The notes under the pieces were generated by a model that saw nothing but the letters and a program-made list of their open reading frames with translations, made no database searches and was not told the DNA's origin. DNA of 32,000 nt from Breznakia sp. PF5-3 (GTDB lineage: Bacteria > Bacillota_I > Bacilli_A > Erysipelotrichales > Erysipelotrichaceae). Position 1 is the first letter of the stretch. Every line of letters starts with the position of its first letter. The translations under genes were made by a program, and so were the position numbers. Positions 1-8,019 of the stretch are shown here, in pieces. The DNA lies in the NCBI RefSeq assembly GCF_029504745.1, contig NZ_JAQFIQ010000008.1, positions 32,234 through 64,233 of the forward strand, given 5' to 3'.

Positions 1-975
1 TATTGCTGTAAGCAATGTTCCTGCTCCTAAGGCAATTAAGAAACCAATTGGATTTTCCATTGCTGGTACGATAAACATTCCCCCACTTGGAACTGGTGAA
101 CCAACTCCTAATGTCATGATCAATGCTCCTCCTAATGCTCCACCAGCTGTACAAGCACCAATTACTCTAAGCGGATCATTTGCTGCAATTGGAATAACTC
201 CTTCAGTAATCATACAAACTCCCATTGGGAAAGCAATTTTAATATTATCTGCTTCTTGCTTCGTATATTTTTTACGATTTATAATCCATGCTAATGTAAC
301 TCCGAATGGAGGAATCATTGATGCACATATCTTACATGCTTCAGGTCCATAGATTCCTTCTAATAATAATCCATCTGCAAATAAAGAAGCTACTTTGTTT
401 ACTGGACCTCCAAAATCAAAGGCTGCCATACCACCCATAACAGCACCAAAGATAAAGCTTGATCCACCTTGTAATCCTTGTAATGTTTCTGTTAACCAAT
501 CTGATAACCAAACAATTGGTACTCCTAATACGAAGAACATCAACAATCCAATGATTGTCGTTGATACCATAGGTAAGATCATCATTGGCATTAAACCTTC
601 TGCCCATTTTGGTACTTTAATTGTATTTTTCATCCAGTTTAAGAAGAACCCTATTAGATATCCTCCTAACATTCCCCCTAAGAATCCTGCTCCAATCGAA
701 TTTGCAATAAGTCCCATAAATAACCCTGGTGCAATTCCTGGTCGATCGGCGATTGAATATGCTATTCCCGCTGCCATTACAGGAGCGATTAATCCCATTC
801 CTAATACACCTAATGATACAAGTGCATCTGGTACACTGTATGCAGCTTTATAATCACTAATTACTTGTCCATCTGTAAGATTTCCAATAGCAATTAAAAG
901 CCCTGCTGTTACAACAAGTGGCAACATATATGATATTGCCGTAAGTGCATGTTTTTTCAATTGTAAGTTTTTCAT
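1..975 (-). CDS. PTS fructose-family EIIC permease (partial; C-terminus lies beyond the window start)
   Basis: The minus-strand frame is open from ATG (complement of 973-975) to position 1. It has no stop in the window, so it is absent from the ORF track. My translation begins MKNLQLKKHALTAISYMLPLVVTAG and continues Gly/hydrophobic-rich, typical of Fru-type EIIC. The plus-strand ORFs 116-352 and 395-853 (P/N/I-rich) are its antisense shadows. It lies directly downstream of the EIIB and EIIA genes. Confidence 0.8.
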   Translation of the reverse strand, partial: MKNLQLKKHALTAISYMLPLVVTAGLLIAIGNLTDGQVISDYKAAYSVPDALVSLGVLGMGLIAPVMAAGIAYSIADRPGIAPGLFMGLIANSIGAGFLGGMLGGYLIGFFLNWMKNTIKVPKWAEGLMPMMILPMVSTTIIGLLMFFVLGVPIVWLSDWLTETLQGLQGGSSFIFGAVMGGMAAFDFGGPVNKVASLFADGLLLEGIYGPEACKICASMIPPFGVTLAWIINRKKYTKQEADNIKIAFPMGVCMITEGVIPIAANDPLRVIGACTAGGALGGALIMTLGVGSPVPSGGMFIVPAMENPIGFLIALGAGTLLTAI

Positions 976-989
976 TTTACTTTCCTCTC

Positions 990-1301
990 TTATAAACCTA
1001 GTTCCTTTTGAATTTTTGTAAGTAACGCTTTTGGTGATTTAATCACAATATGAGTAGGTACTTCAACAACCTTTTTCCCAGCAAAACGTTCCTTTCCTCC
1101 TACTTTGATATCCGCAGCGATGATAACTACATCCGCTTGTTCGATATCTTCTTTTGTCAGTTCATCTTCTGTACCGATTGTCCCTTGTGTTTCAACATGT
1201 ACATCATGACCCAATGCTTCTGCCGCACGCATCAGTTTTTCTTTTGCAATATATGTATGCGCAATTCCTGATGTACAAGCTGCAATCCCAACGATTTTCA
1301 T
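990..1301 (-). CDS. PTS EIIB component, fructose type
   Basis: 103 aa. N-terminus MKIVGIAACTSGIAHTYIA carries the active-site Cys loop typical of fructose-family IIB. AGGAGG RBS just upstream (complement of 1308-1313). Confidence 0.85.
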   Translation of the reverse strand: MKIVGIAACTSGIAHTYIAKEKLMRAAEALGHDVHVETQGTIGTEDELTKEDIEQADVVIIAADIKVGGKERFAGKKVVEVPTHIVIKSPKALLTKIQKELGL

Positions 1302-1394
1302 ATTTGTCCTCCTTAAACTCTTAACACGTCTTAATTTATCACTTATTTTTTTCTTCTAAAAACATGTTCAGTAATTTTAATCTGGTAATTTTTT

Positions 1395-1850
1395 TTACAC
1401 GGCTGTGAAAATTTCCCTTAATTCACTAACTTCCTGCATCTTATTTAATTTTTCTACCGCTTCATCATTTCCTAATTTGGTAGCTATTTCTGCTAGTAAT
1501 TTCATATGGTTTTTCGCATACTCATGATCATTACTAACAGCAAATAAAAAGACTAACTTCACACCTTTTCCATCCAGTGTTTCCCACTCAATTTCATCAT
1601 TCAACTTTCCAATTGCAATCCCTACTTGAGTTACAGAATCACTCTTTCCATGAGGAATTGCAATATAGTTTCCAATCCCCGTTATTCCTTGTGCTTCTCG
1701 CTCATAAATATCCTTTATAAAAGCTCCAACATCATTAATATATCCTGCATCATGTAACTTATCTGCTAATGCCTTAATGGTTTCTTTCTTGTTTTTTGTA
1801 TTCATTGATAAATCAATAATTCTTTCATCTATTGCATCGATAACCTTCAT
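1395..1850 (-). CDS. PTS EIIA component (EIIA-2, Fru/Mtl/Ntr type)
   Basis: 151 aa. It has the IAIPHGKS phosphorylation-site histidine motif of the EIIA-2 family. Its start is 13 nt after the stop of the upstream regulator, implying co-transcription. Confidence 0.85.
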   Translation of the reverse strand: MKVIDAIDERIIDLSMNTKNKKETIKALADKLHDAGYINDVGAFIKDIYEREAQGITGIGNYIAIPHGKSDSVTQVGIAIGKLNDEIEWETLDGKGVKLVFLFAVSNDHEYAKNHMKLLAEIATKLGNDEAVEKLNKMQEVSELREIFTAV

Positions 1851-1863
1851 CTCACGCCTTCTC

Positions 1864-3825
1864 CTATCGTATTAAATATCTATATAAATCTAAATTTGTT
1901 CGCATATTTTTAAGTTTCTGAAGTTTCTCATTACTTTCTACTAATGAAACATATTCTTTATAAAATGCTTGTGCTTGTTTGCTTTCTTCTTTGCTTATCA
2001 TCCGCATCGCTAAAAGAAAAACAATATCGACTTCTTCACGATCCCAAACAATTGGTTTATCTAATATTGCAATTGCTACCTTTGGTTCATTCACATAAAA
2101 TTGATTTCCATGCGGTAATGCTATTCCATTTCCAATTTCAGTTGTTGTTGCTTGTTCTCGATCCAATACACTATTTCCAAACTCTTGTGTAACAAAGCCT
2201 TTCTTTGTCATTCTTTTTGACATAATTTTTAATAATTCATCTTTATTCTTACAAGCTAAATTTTTAAAAATCAAATCAGGATCAAACAATTGATGACAAA
2301 TTGGATTAAAAATAGTTGTCTCCATATCTGAAGTCAATGATAAATCTTTAATCTTTTTAGCCAAATCATGAATCCAATCTTCATTTAGAAATTCGGTTAT
2401 ATATAACATTCTTCGATCTTTTATAGAAAGATCAACTAAGCTTACAATGATTCTATAATCATCATATCGTTTAATATCAAAATCATGGGACCCTGTAACT
2501 TTTACTTCATTTATTTCAGGATACATCTTTTGAATTTTTTGAATCATAAATTGTGTAGTACTGTTTGTTTGATTAGAAATAATCAACAATTTATATTGTT
2601 GTTCTTTACGATCTAATGCTGCTTGAATATACAAACAAATAAAGCCAAGTTCATCTTCTGTAATCTTAAAGTTAAAGTATTTTTCAAACAATACACTCGT
2701 ACTCCACATCTGACGAAAAAGATGTTTGTACTCTTTTTTTATAAAATATATTAATGAATTTGATGATGGCTTTCCATATTCCATACGAAAGATTGTAGAA
2801 CGTAAGTGATTCAATAAACTATTTCTTAAAACACTATCATCTTGTAAATCTGTCGATAAAATTTGCGAAGCCATATCGATTAATTCATTTGTGAAAGCAA
2901 TTAACTTTGCATCATATCGTTTTAAAATTTCACGATTTTCAAAATCTACTTCCTCTCCTAAAAATCTTGAACACAGGATTTGTATGACAAGAAAATGAAT
3001 TTCTTCTCTTGAAAATTTTAATTTAAAAGCTTTTTCAATTTTTTCAAAAATAGCTTTCGCAAATGTATATTCATGATATTGTTCAAGGGTTTTATAATCT
3101 TTTGTATCTATTTTAAAAGTACCCTTATTACAACGATGGATAGCCATACAGTAATATACTAGAATTTCATAAAACGATTCATCGCTAAATTCAAACTTCC
3201 ATTCGTTTTCAACATCCAGCATAATCTTTTTCACAGCATCAATATGAATTCCTGGTAAGATATCCATGATATTTTTTTCAATTGCTTTGGTTTGTGAACT
3301 GCGCATGATAATTCGTTTCAACACATTGCGATAATTGGACTCATTGAAAATAATGATGATACCATCATTACGGGTATTTTTTAATTTCACATGATGTTCA
3401 TTCAAATATTTTTCACAATCCTTTAAAATCTTTAAAATGGTTGGCGTACTAAGATATAAATGATTTGCAAGTTTCATTGTCGTAATAATTTCTTTTTTAC
3501 GATGTTTAAATATATAACTTAAAACATCATACATCCGTTCATCTTCATCTTGAATTGTTAAGAGTTCATCGTTGTTATAAATGATTTGACGGATTCTTCC
3601 ACGTTGCGCTTCATCTACTTCAAGCCAATTTCCAATCCTAGGTTTTTTTAAAATTATTCCTAGTTGATTATCTTCTAGATATTCATTGATTTCACTTATC
3701 TTTGTACGTGTTGTCTTTTCCGATATTTTTACCTGTTCAGCAATATCTTTGGTTGTGACGAGTTCATTTTCCAATAAACATTCTAAAATTTTCGTGAAGT
3801 AATAATTTCGCTTTTCTACTTTCAT
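1864..3825 (-). CDS. PRD-domain PTS-controlled transcriptional regulator (MtlR/LicR/BglG-family activator type: HTH, PRDs, EIIB-like and EIIA-like domains)
   Basis: Track ORF 1864-3861. I trimmed the start to the ATG at 3825 (MKVEKRNYYFTKILE), which has an AGGAGG RBS 6-7 nt upstream (complement of 3830-3835). N-terminal HTH-like segment (TTKDIAEQVKISEKTTRTKISEI) and C-terminal EIIA-like domain with GIALPHG. Size and layout fit PRD-containing activators encoded next to their PTS operon. Confidence 0.8.
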   Translation of the reverse strand: MKVEKRNYYFTKILECLLENELVTTKDIAEQVKISEKTTRTKISEINEYLEDNQLGIILKKPRIGNWLEVDEAQRGRIRQIIYNNDELLTIQDEDERMYDVLSYIFKHRKKEIITTMKLANHLYLSTPTILKILKDCEKYLNEHHVKLKNTRNDGIIIIFNESNYRNVLKRIIMRSSQTKAIEKNIMDILPGIHIDAVKKIMLDVENEWKFEFSDESFYEILVYYCMAIHRCNKGTFKIDTKDYKTLEQYHEYTFAKAIFEKIEKAFKLKFSREEIHFLVIQILCSRFLGEEVDFENREILKRYDAKLIAFTNELIDMASQILSTDLQDDSVLRNSLLNHLRSTIFRMEYGKPSSNSLIYFIKKEYKHLFRQMWSTSVLFEKYFNFKITEDELGFICLYIQAALDRKEQQYKLLIISNQTNSTTQFMIQKIQKMYPEINEVKVTGSHDFDIKRYDDYRIIVSLVDLSIKDRRMLYITEFLNEDWIHDLAKKIKDLSLTSDMETTIFNPICHQLFDPDLIFKNLACKNKDELLKIMSKRMTKKGFVTQEFGNSVLDREQATTTEIGNGIALPHGNQFYVNEPKVAIAILDKPIVWDREEVDIVFLLAMRMISKEESKQAQAFYKEYVSLVESNEKLQKLKNMRTNLDLYRYLIR

Positions 3826-3885
3826 ATTTCCTCCTATACTAAACAATACCAACTTTCCCATCTTTTAAAAAAAACTTTTGGACAC

Positions 3886-3934
3886 TTTAATGTGGTAATT
3901 TTATATTAACTTAAATAAAAATTACCACATTAAA
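3886..3934. repeat. 17-bp perfect inverted repeat (TTTAATGTGGTAATTTT, 15-nt spacer, AAAATTACCACATTAAA); candidate operator in the divergent control region
   Basis: Read directly: 3886-3902 is the exact reverse complement of 3918-3934. It lies between the divergent regulator/PTS operon (start 3825, minus strand) and the MATE promoter (-35 at 3950). Confidence 0.9.
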
Positions 3935-3949
3935 CTATAAAAAAAATAC

Positions 3950-3978
3950 TTACACAAATTTTTTTCAAGTGCTATAAT
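3950..3978 (+). promoter_or_regulatory. Sigma-A-type promoter for the MATE leader (TTACAC, 17 nt, TGcTATAAT)
   Basis: -35 TTACAC at 3950-3955, 17-nt spacer, extended -10 TGC TATAAT at 3970-3978. Confidence 0.5.
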
Positions 3979-3979
3979 C

Positions 3980-4043
3980 AACTCCTAGGCAGTACCATTT
4001 ATGAGAAGGCCTCTCGTAATGGTGCTGCTTTTTTTAGGAGGTT
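3980..4043 (+). terminator. Leader hairpin plus T7 (intrinsic terminator/attenuator) with possible SD-sequestering outer helix, upstream of the MATE gene
   Basis: GCAGTACCATT (3989-3999) pairs with AATGGTGCTGC (4018-4028): 11 bp with one G-U. Apical GAGA/TCTC helix closes an AGGCC loop. T7 follows at 4029-4035. AACTCCTA (3980-3987) can pair with TAGGAGGTT (4035-4043), which contains the SD. Confidence 0.55.
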
Positions 4044-4047
4044 AATT

Positions 4048-5433
4048 ATGAATCATTATTTAGAAAAAGAGCGAATTGGAAAATTGATGTTGAAATTTTC
4101 AATTCCATGTATTATGGCTTTATTAGTATCTTCCCTATACAACATTGTAGATCAAATATTCATTGGTCAAGGGATTGGGTATTTAGGAAATGGAGCAACG
4201 AATGTAGTCTTTCCTATCACGATTATCGCTTTAGCAATTGCTTTGATGATTGGATATGGATGTGCAGCATTCTTAAGTATTTGTCAGGGGCGAAAGAATA
4301 GTGATAAAGCACACATCAGTGTAGGAAATGCAATTATTATCACCATTGGAATCGGCCTTATTGTAACAATTTTATTTTTTATTTTTAAAGAACAGCTTTT
4401 ATCTGCATTTGGAGCTACCAAAAACAATATTGATTATGCTCGTGAATATTATATCTATATTGTTCTTGGAATTCCTTTTTTCATGTTTGGTAATTTCATG
4501 TGCTCAATTATAAGAGCCGATGGAAATCCACGCTATTCCATGATGATTACCTTGCTTGGTGCCATCATTAATATCATTTTAGATCCCCTTGCTATTTTTG
4601 TTTTTGGATGGGGGATGAAAGGTGCTGCCTTAGCTACTATCAGTGGTCAAATTGTAACTGCTATTTTGGGTTTCCATTATTTACGTAATGCAAAATCTTT
4701 CCATTTAGAAAAAAGGAGTTTTCAATTATCTATTTCAACAATAAAATCCTTTTTACCATTAGGAATGAGTAGTTTTCTAACACAAGTATCCATTGTTATC
4801 ATTATGATTGTTATGAATAATACACTAATTACTTTTGGAACACAATCTCCATATGGGGCTGATATTCCCTTAACTGTGATGGGAATCGTTATGAAAGTAT
4901 TTCAGATTGTAATATCCATTGTTGTTGGAATTGCAGCTGGATCACAACCTATCATTGGTTATAACTATGGAGCTGGTCGCTTTGACCGTGTAAAAGAAAT
5001 ATTTAAAACGATGATGATTGCTCAATTCATTGTTGGATTTATAGCTATGATATTATTTGAAATATTTCCTAATAACATTATTCAAATATTTGGTAGTGAA
5101 AGTGCATTATATAATGAATTCGCTGTTATATCTTTTCGTATTTATCTATCCACAATTATTTTATGTTGTATTCAAAAATCAATAAGTATCTTCCTTCAAT
5201 CTTTAGGTAAACCTTTTTTATCTACTGGATTATCCTTATTGAAAGATTTTATTTTAGGTGTTCCTCTCGTTTTGTTTTTACCAATGAAGTTTGGCTTAAC
5301 AGGTATTTTATATTCAGCACCAATTGCTGATATCATTTCCTTTCTTGCTGCTATTTTATGTGTTTTGTATACTTTTAAAAAGATGGATTCTAAAGAAAAA
5401 CAAAATAGTTATATATTGAATTATGCCAAATAG
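4048..5433 (+). CDS. MATE family efflux transporter
   Basis: 461 aa polytopic membrane protein. The N-terminal KLMLKFSIPCIMALLVSSLYNIVDQIFIGQ pattern and overall 12-TM-like organisation are typical of MATE (NorM/MepA-like) proteins. Strong RBS AGGAGG at 4036-4041. Confidence 0.9.
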   Translation: MNHYLEKERIGKLMLKFSIPCIMALLVSSLYNIVDQIFIGQGIGYLGNGATNVVFPITIIALAIALMIGYGCAAFLSICQGRKNSDKAHISVGNAIIITIGIGLIVTILFFIFKEQLLSAFGATKNNIDYAREYYIYIVLGIPFFMFGNFMCSIIRADGNPRYSMMITLLGAIINIILDPLAIFVFGWGMKGAALATISGQIVTAILGFHYLRNAKSFHLEKRSFQLSISTIKSFLPLGMSSFLTQVSIVIIMIVMNNTLITFGTQSPYGADIPLTVMGIVMKVFQIVISIVVGIAAGSQPIIGYNYGAGRFDRVKEIFKTMMIAQFIVGFIAMILFEIFPNNIIQIFGSESALYNEFAVISFRIYLSTIILCCIQKSISIFLQSLGKPFLSTGLSLLKDFILGVPLVLFLPMKFGLTGILYSAPIADIISFLAAILCVLYTFKKMDSKEKQNSYILNYAK

Positions 5434-5465
5434 AACAAATTCAATTCATTCTATTTTTACTTATA

Positions 5466-5496
5466 AAGGATATGTTAGAAAGCATATCTTTTTTAT
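5466..5496 (+). terminator. Intrinsic terminator after the MATE gene
   Basis: AAGGATATG / CATATCTTT stem with an 8-nt loop, followed by a T-run. Confidence 0.6.
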
Positions 5497-5497
5497 T

Positions 5498-5523
5498 AAA
5501 AAAAGAGGATTTAATCCTCTTCT
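5498..5523 (-). terminator. Intrinsic terminator for jag (overlaps its stop codon)
   Basis: AGAGGAT-TTA-ATCCTCT hairpin (5504-5520) followed, on the minus strand, by a T-run (A-run 5498-5503 on plus). Confidence 0.5.
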
Positions 5524-6122
5524 ACATAAACTATTTTTAATCTTCTTTGATTTCCTTCTCCTTCAGATACGGTTGCCACATGTGGCATTGTCGTCAAATG
5601 ATTATGAATTGCTTTACGTTCATCATTTGGCATTGGATCCAAAAGAGCATCGGTTTTTGAATAAACAACGGTTTTTGCAACTCTTGTTGCAATTCCAATA
5701 ACTTTTTTATATCGTTCATCTTTATATCCATTAATATCAATTAAACATGAAACACGTTTTTTGAAATGACTTGATACAGCAGCTTTTAAAACATTGTTCA
5801 TCGCTTGTAATGTTTGTCCTGCTTTTCCAATTAAAATAGCATTATTAGATGCATTAAGATTAATTTTATAAAAATTATCTTGTTCTTCAATCATCATTTC
5901 AATATCCATTTCGATATTTTCAAAGTATTGTTGTAAATAATCATAAATATAATCTTTTATATCTGCTTTTGTATATGCTTCAATTGTTACTTCTTTACCA
6001 ACACCTAAAAATCCTGCTTTTTCTTCAATTACGGTATATGTTATATCTTCTGTCGTAACATTTTTTTCAGCAGCGATAGATGCTAGAATTTCATCAACAT
6101 TTTTTCCTGTATATTGTTTCAT
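5511..6122 (-). CDS. khpB: Jag/KhpB (SpoIIIJ-associated, KH plus R3H RNA-binding protein)
   Basis: Track ORF trimmed to the ATG at 6122 (MKQYTGKNVDEILASIAAEKNV), which has a GGAG RBS. A Jag_N-like N-terminus, a central KH-like region and a C-terminal R3H-like region. Conserved position immediately downstream of yidC. Confidence 0.85.
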   Translation of the reverse strand: MKQYTGKNVDEILASIAAEKNVTTEDITYTVIEEKAGFLGVGKEVTIEAYTKADIKDYIYDYLQQYFENIEMDIEMMIEEQDNFYKINLNASNNAILIGKAGQTLQAMNNVLKAAVSSHFKKRVSCLIDINGYKDERYKKVIGIATRVAKTVVYSKTDALLDPMPNDERKAIHNHLTTMPHVATVSEGEGNQRRLKIVYVEED

Positions 6123-6132
6123 AGAATTGCTC

Positions 6133-7032
6133 CTACATATCTTTAATAAAGAATTTTTGAATAACAATATTTTGAATAATTCTAGTAAAAGCAGATACTA
6201 ACCAGTAAAATGACATCCCCAAAGGCCAGTTAATGGCAAAGATTACAATCATCCCTACTGACATATACATCATCATATTCATAGAACCTTGCATTCCACC
6301 TTTTTTATCTTTTGGATTTGCATAATCTTTGGTTTTGATATTACTATTTTCTTTACGTTTTTTAGCAAGATATTGAGGTAATTTAAGTGATACAAATTGG
6401 AATATAACCATAAGAGCAAAGATAATAATAATTGCAATTTGTCCTTTTGTAATTCCTTGCATTGGTGTTGTTGTTAAGTCAACACCCATAAATTCACCTT
6501 TATAAACTGAATCAGCTCTCATTACTGCTTGATAAACAGCAAGAATAACTGGTAATTGAATAAACATTGTCACCAATGATCCCATTGGATTTATATCATG
6601 TTTCTTATATAAGTTTTGTAATTCTTGTGCTTGACGCATTTTTGATGCTTGATCTGTTTTTCCTTCATACTTCGCTTGAATACGTTGTTGTTCTGGTTGA
6701 ATCATTTGCATCTTTTGCGTTGCAACTTGTTGTTTGATTGACATTGCTGCTGTTACAAGGTTAATTAATATTGTAACAATAATAATTCCCCATCCAGCAT
6801 CCAAATACTTAGCAACTAAGTTAATAAGTTGTGCTACTGGCCAAACAATTATATTAAACCATCCCTCGCTAATACTATCCATATATGGTGTATCAAGATA
6901 GATAAGTTTACTTGGATCAATCGTTCCATCTGAATTCCTTACACTTGTACACGCTGATACAAATACAAGAAGAAAAACAGCAAACAATAATATTTTTTTA
7001 TTGTCCTTTAAAAATTTATTAATTTTCTTCAT
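6133..7032 (-). CDS. yidC: Membrane protein insertase YidC/SpoIIIJ (lipoprotein type)
   Basis: 299 aa. Signal peptide with lipobox (LVFVSAC), five-TM YidC core and a basic C-terminus. Classic rnpA-yidC-jag order. Confidence 0.9.
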   Translation of the reverse strand: MKKINKFLKDNKKILLFAVFLLVFVSACTSVRNSDGTIDPSKLIYLDTPYMDSISEGWFNIIVWPVAQLINLVAKYLDAGWGIIIVTILINLVTAAMSIKQQVATQKMQMIQPEQQRIQAKYEGKTDQASKMRQAQELQNLYKKHDINPMGSLVTMFIQLPVILAVYQAVMRADSVYKGEFMGVDLTTTPMQGITKGQIAIIIIFALMVIFQFVSLKLPQYLAKKRKENSNIKTKDYANPKDKKGGMQGSMNMMMYMSVGMIVIFAINWPLGMSFYWLVSAFTRIIQNIVIQKFFIKDM

Positions 7033-7058
7033 TTTTTTTCCTCATTTCTAAAAAAAGC

Positions 7059-7391
7059 TTACCCATTCATTTTAACTTGTTTATACAATCTTTCCAAGTT
7101 CTTTTTATTGTTTTTATAGTTATTCTTTAAAAAATCTTCTTTCACTAAGATAATTGAATCAAAATTCTCATCAAAATCATATATTTCTGATATCATCATT
7201 CGTATTTGACGCTTTACTTTATTACGAATAACTGCATTTCCAATTTTCTTTTTTACCGTTATTCCCACTCTAGGAATAGCTTCTTTTTTTTCATTTACAT
7301 ACAAAACAATACCATTACCTGGATAATACTTTCTTCCTTTAATAATAGTTGTAAATTCGTCTGCCTTTTTAATTCGGTATTTCTTTTTCAT
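7059..7391 (-). CDS. rnpA: Ribonuclease P protein component
   Basis: 110 aa basic protein (MKKKYRIKKADEF..., RNKVKRQIR motif) immediately downstream of rpmH. Confidence 0.9.
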   Translation of the reverse strand: MKKKYRIKKADEFTTIIKGRKYYPGNGIVLYVNEKKEAIPRVGITVKKKIGNAVIRNKVKRQIRMMISEIYDFDENFDSIILVKEDFLKNNYKNNKKNLERLYKQVKMNG

Positions 7392-7410
7392 AAAGAACCT
7401 CTCTTAAAAT

Positions 7411-7437
7411 AAAAATATCTCATTACGAGATATTTTT
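7411..7437 (-). terminator. Hairpin/attenuator between rpmH and rnpA
   Basis: AAAAATATCTC (7411-7421), loop ATTAC, GAGATATTTTT (7427-7437). On the minus strand it is followed by a U-rich tract. It overlaps the rpmH stop codon. Confidence 0.4.
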
Positions 7438-7570
7438 AAGCCGATAAAACTTTTCTACCTTTGCTACGTCTTCTAGCTAATACGTTACGTCCTCCAGGTG
7501 TTTTCATACGAGCTCTAAACCCGTGAGTCTTTTGATGTTTTCTTTTACATGGTTGATATGTTCTTTTCAC
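7436..7570 (-). CDS. rpmH: 50S ribosomal protein L34 (GTG start)
   Basis: Below the ORF-track size cut-off. My translation of the minus strand: (GTG)[44 protein letters not shown]-stop, the highly conserved L34 sequence. GGAGGTG RBS 6-7 nt upstream. Confidence 0.92.
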   Translation of the reverse strand: MKRTYQPCKRKHQKTHGFRARMKTPGGRNVLARRRSKGRKVLSA

Positions 7571-7631
7571 AAGAGACACCTCCAATTCTTTCTTTTTTCT
7601 ACTTTTTACATAAAATCAACATTGCCTTATG

Positions 7632-7661
7632 ATTATACCTTAATTTGTATTCATAAGTCAA
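7632..7661 (-). promoter_or_regulatory. rpmH-rnpA promoter (TTGACT, 18 nt, TATAAT on the minus strand)
   Basis: Complement of 7656-7661 is TTGACT. Complement of 7632-7637 is TATAAT. Confidence 0.5.
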
Positions 7662-7751
7662 TATAAATATAGATTTTAAAAACCGTGAATTTAAAATAAT
7701 TTTTGATGATTAAGATATAAAAATATATAAAATAGCTATCATGAAAAAATA

Positions 7752-8019
7752 TTTTCCATATTTTTTTTCCTAGGGTTTTCCACATTGTGTGGAAAGTGTT
7801 GAAATGTTTCATAACGCATTAGTTTACTAGATTATTTTATCTACAAAGGGGTGTTGAAATATGTAAGTTGTAAAAAAGTTTTCCCTATTTTCCACTATGG
7901 AAATTTTGTTTATATTGTTTTACACATGTTTTCCACATTCAAAAGATGTTTAAAACTTTTTTTAAACCCTATATATCGTTTATAATAGGGTTTTTTATCT
8001 TCTAATTTATTGTGGAAAA
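7752..8019. other. oriC: oriC DnaA-box cluster upstream of dnaA
   Basis: 9-mers related to TTATCCACA: TTTTCCATA 7752-7760; TTTTCCACA 7776-7784 head-to-head with TGTGGAAAG 7788-7796; TTTTCCACT 7888-7896; TTTTACACA 7918-7926; TTTTCCACA 7929-7937; TGTGGAAAA 8011-8019. The rpmH/dnaA intergenic location and the strand switch of flanking genes fit an origin. Confidence 0.85.

Noticed and set aside
116-853. Plus-strand ORFs 116-352 and 395-853 (P/N/I/A-rich translations)
   Set aside because: They are antisense shadows of the minus-strand PTS EIIC gene. That gene gives a sensible membrane-protein translation and has a proper start and RBS context at 975.
3980-4043. Assigning the MATE leader to the guanidine-IV (mepA) or fluoride riboswitch classes
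   Set aside because: The association with MATE genes prompted the idea. However, the leader has only one hairpin after the predicted TSS, and I cannot reproduce either consensus from memory well enough to claim a match. I left it as an unclassified element.
5423-5701. Plus-strand 92-aa ORF overlapping the MATE stop, both terminators and jag
   Set aside because: It spans two terminator hairpins and is antisense to the conserved jag C-terminus. It is spurious.
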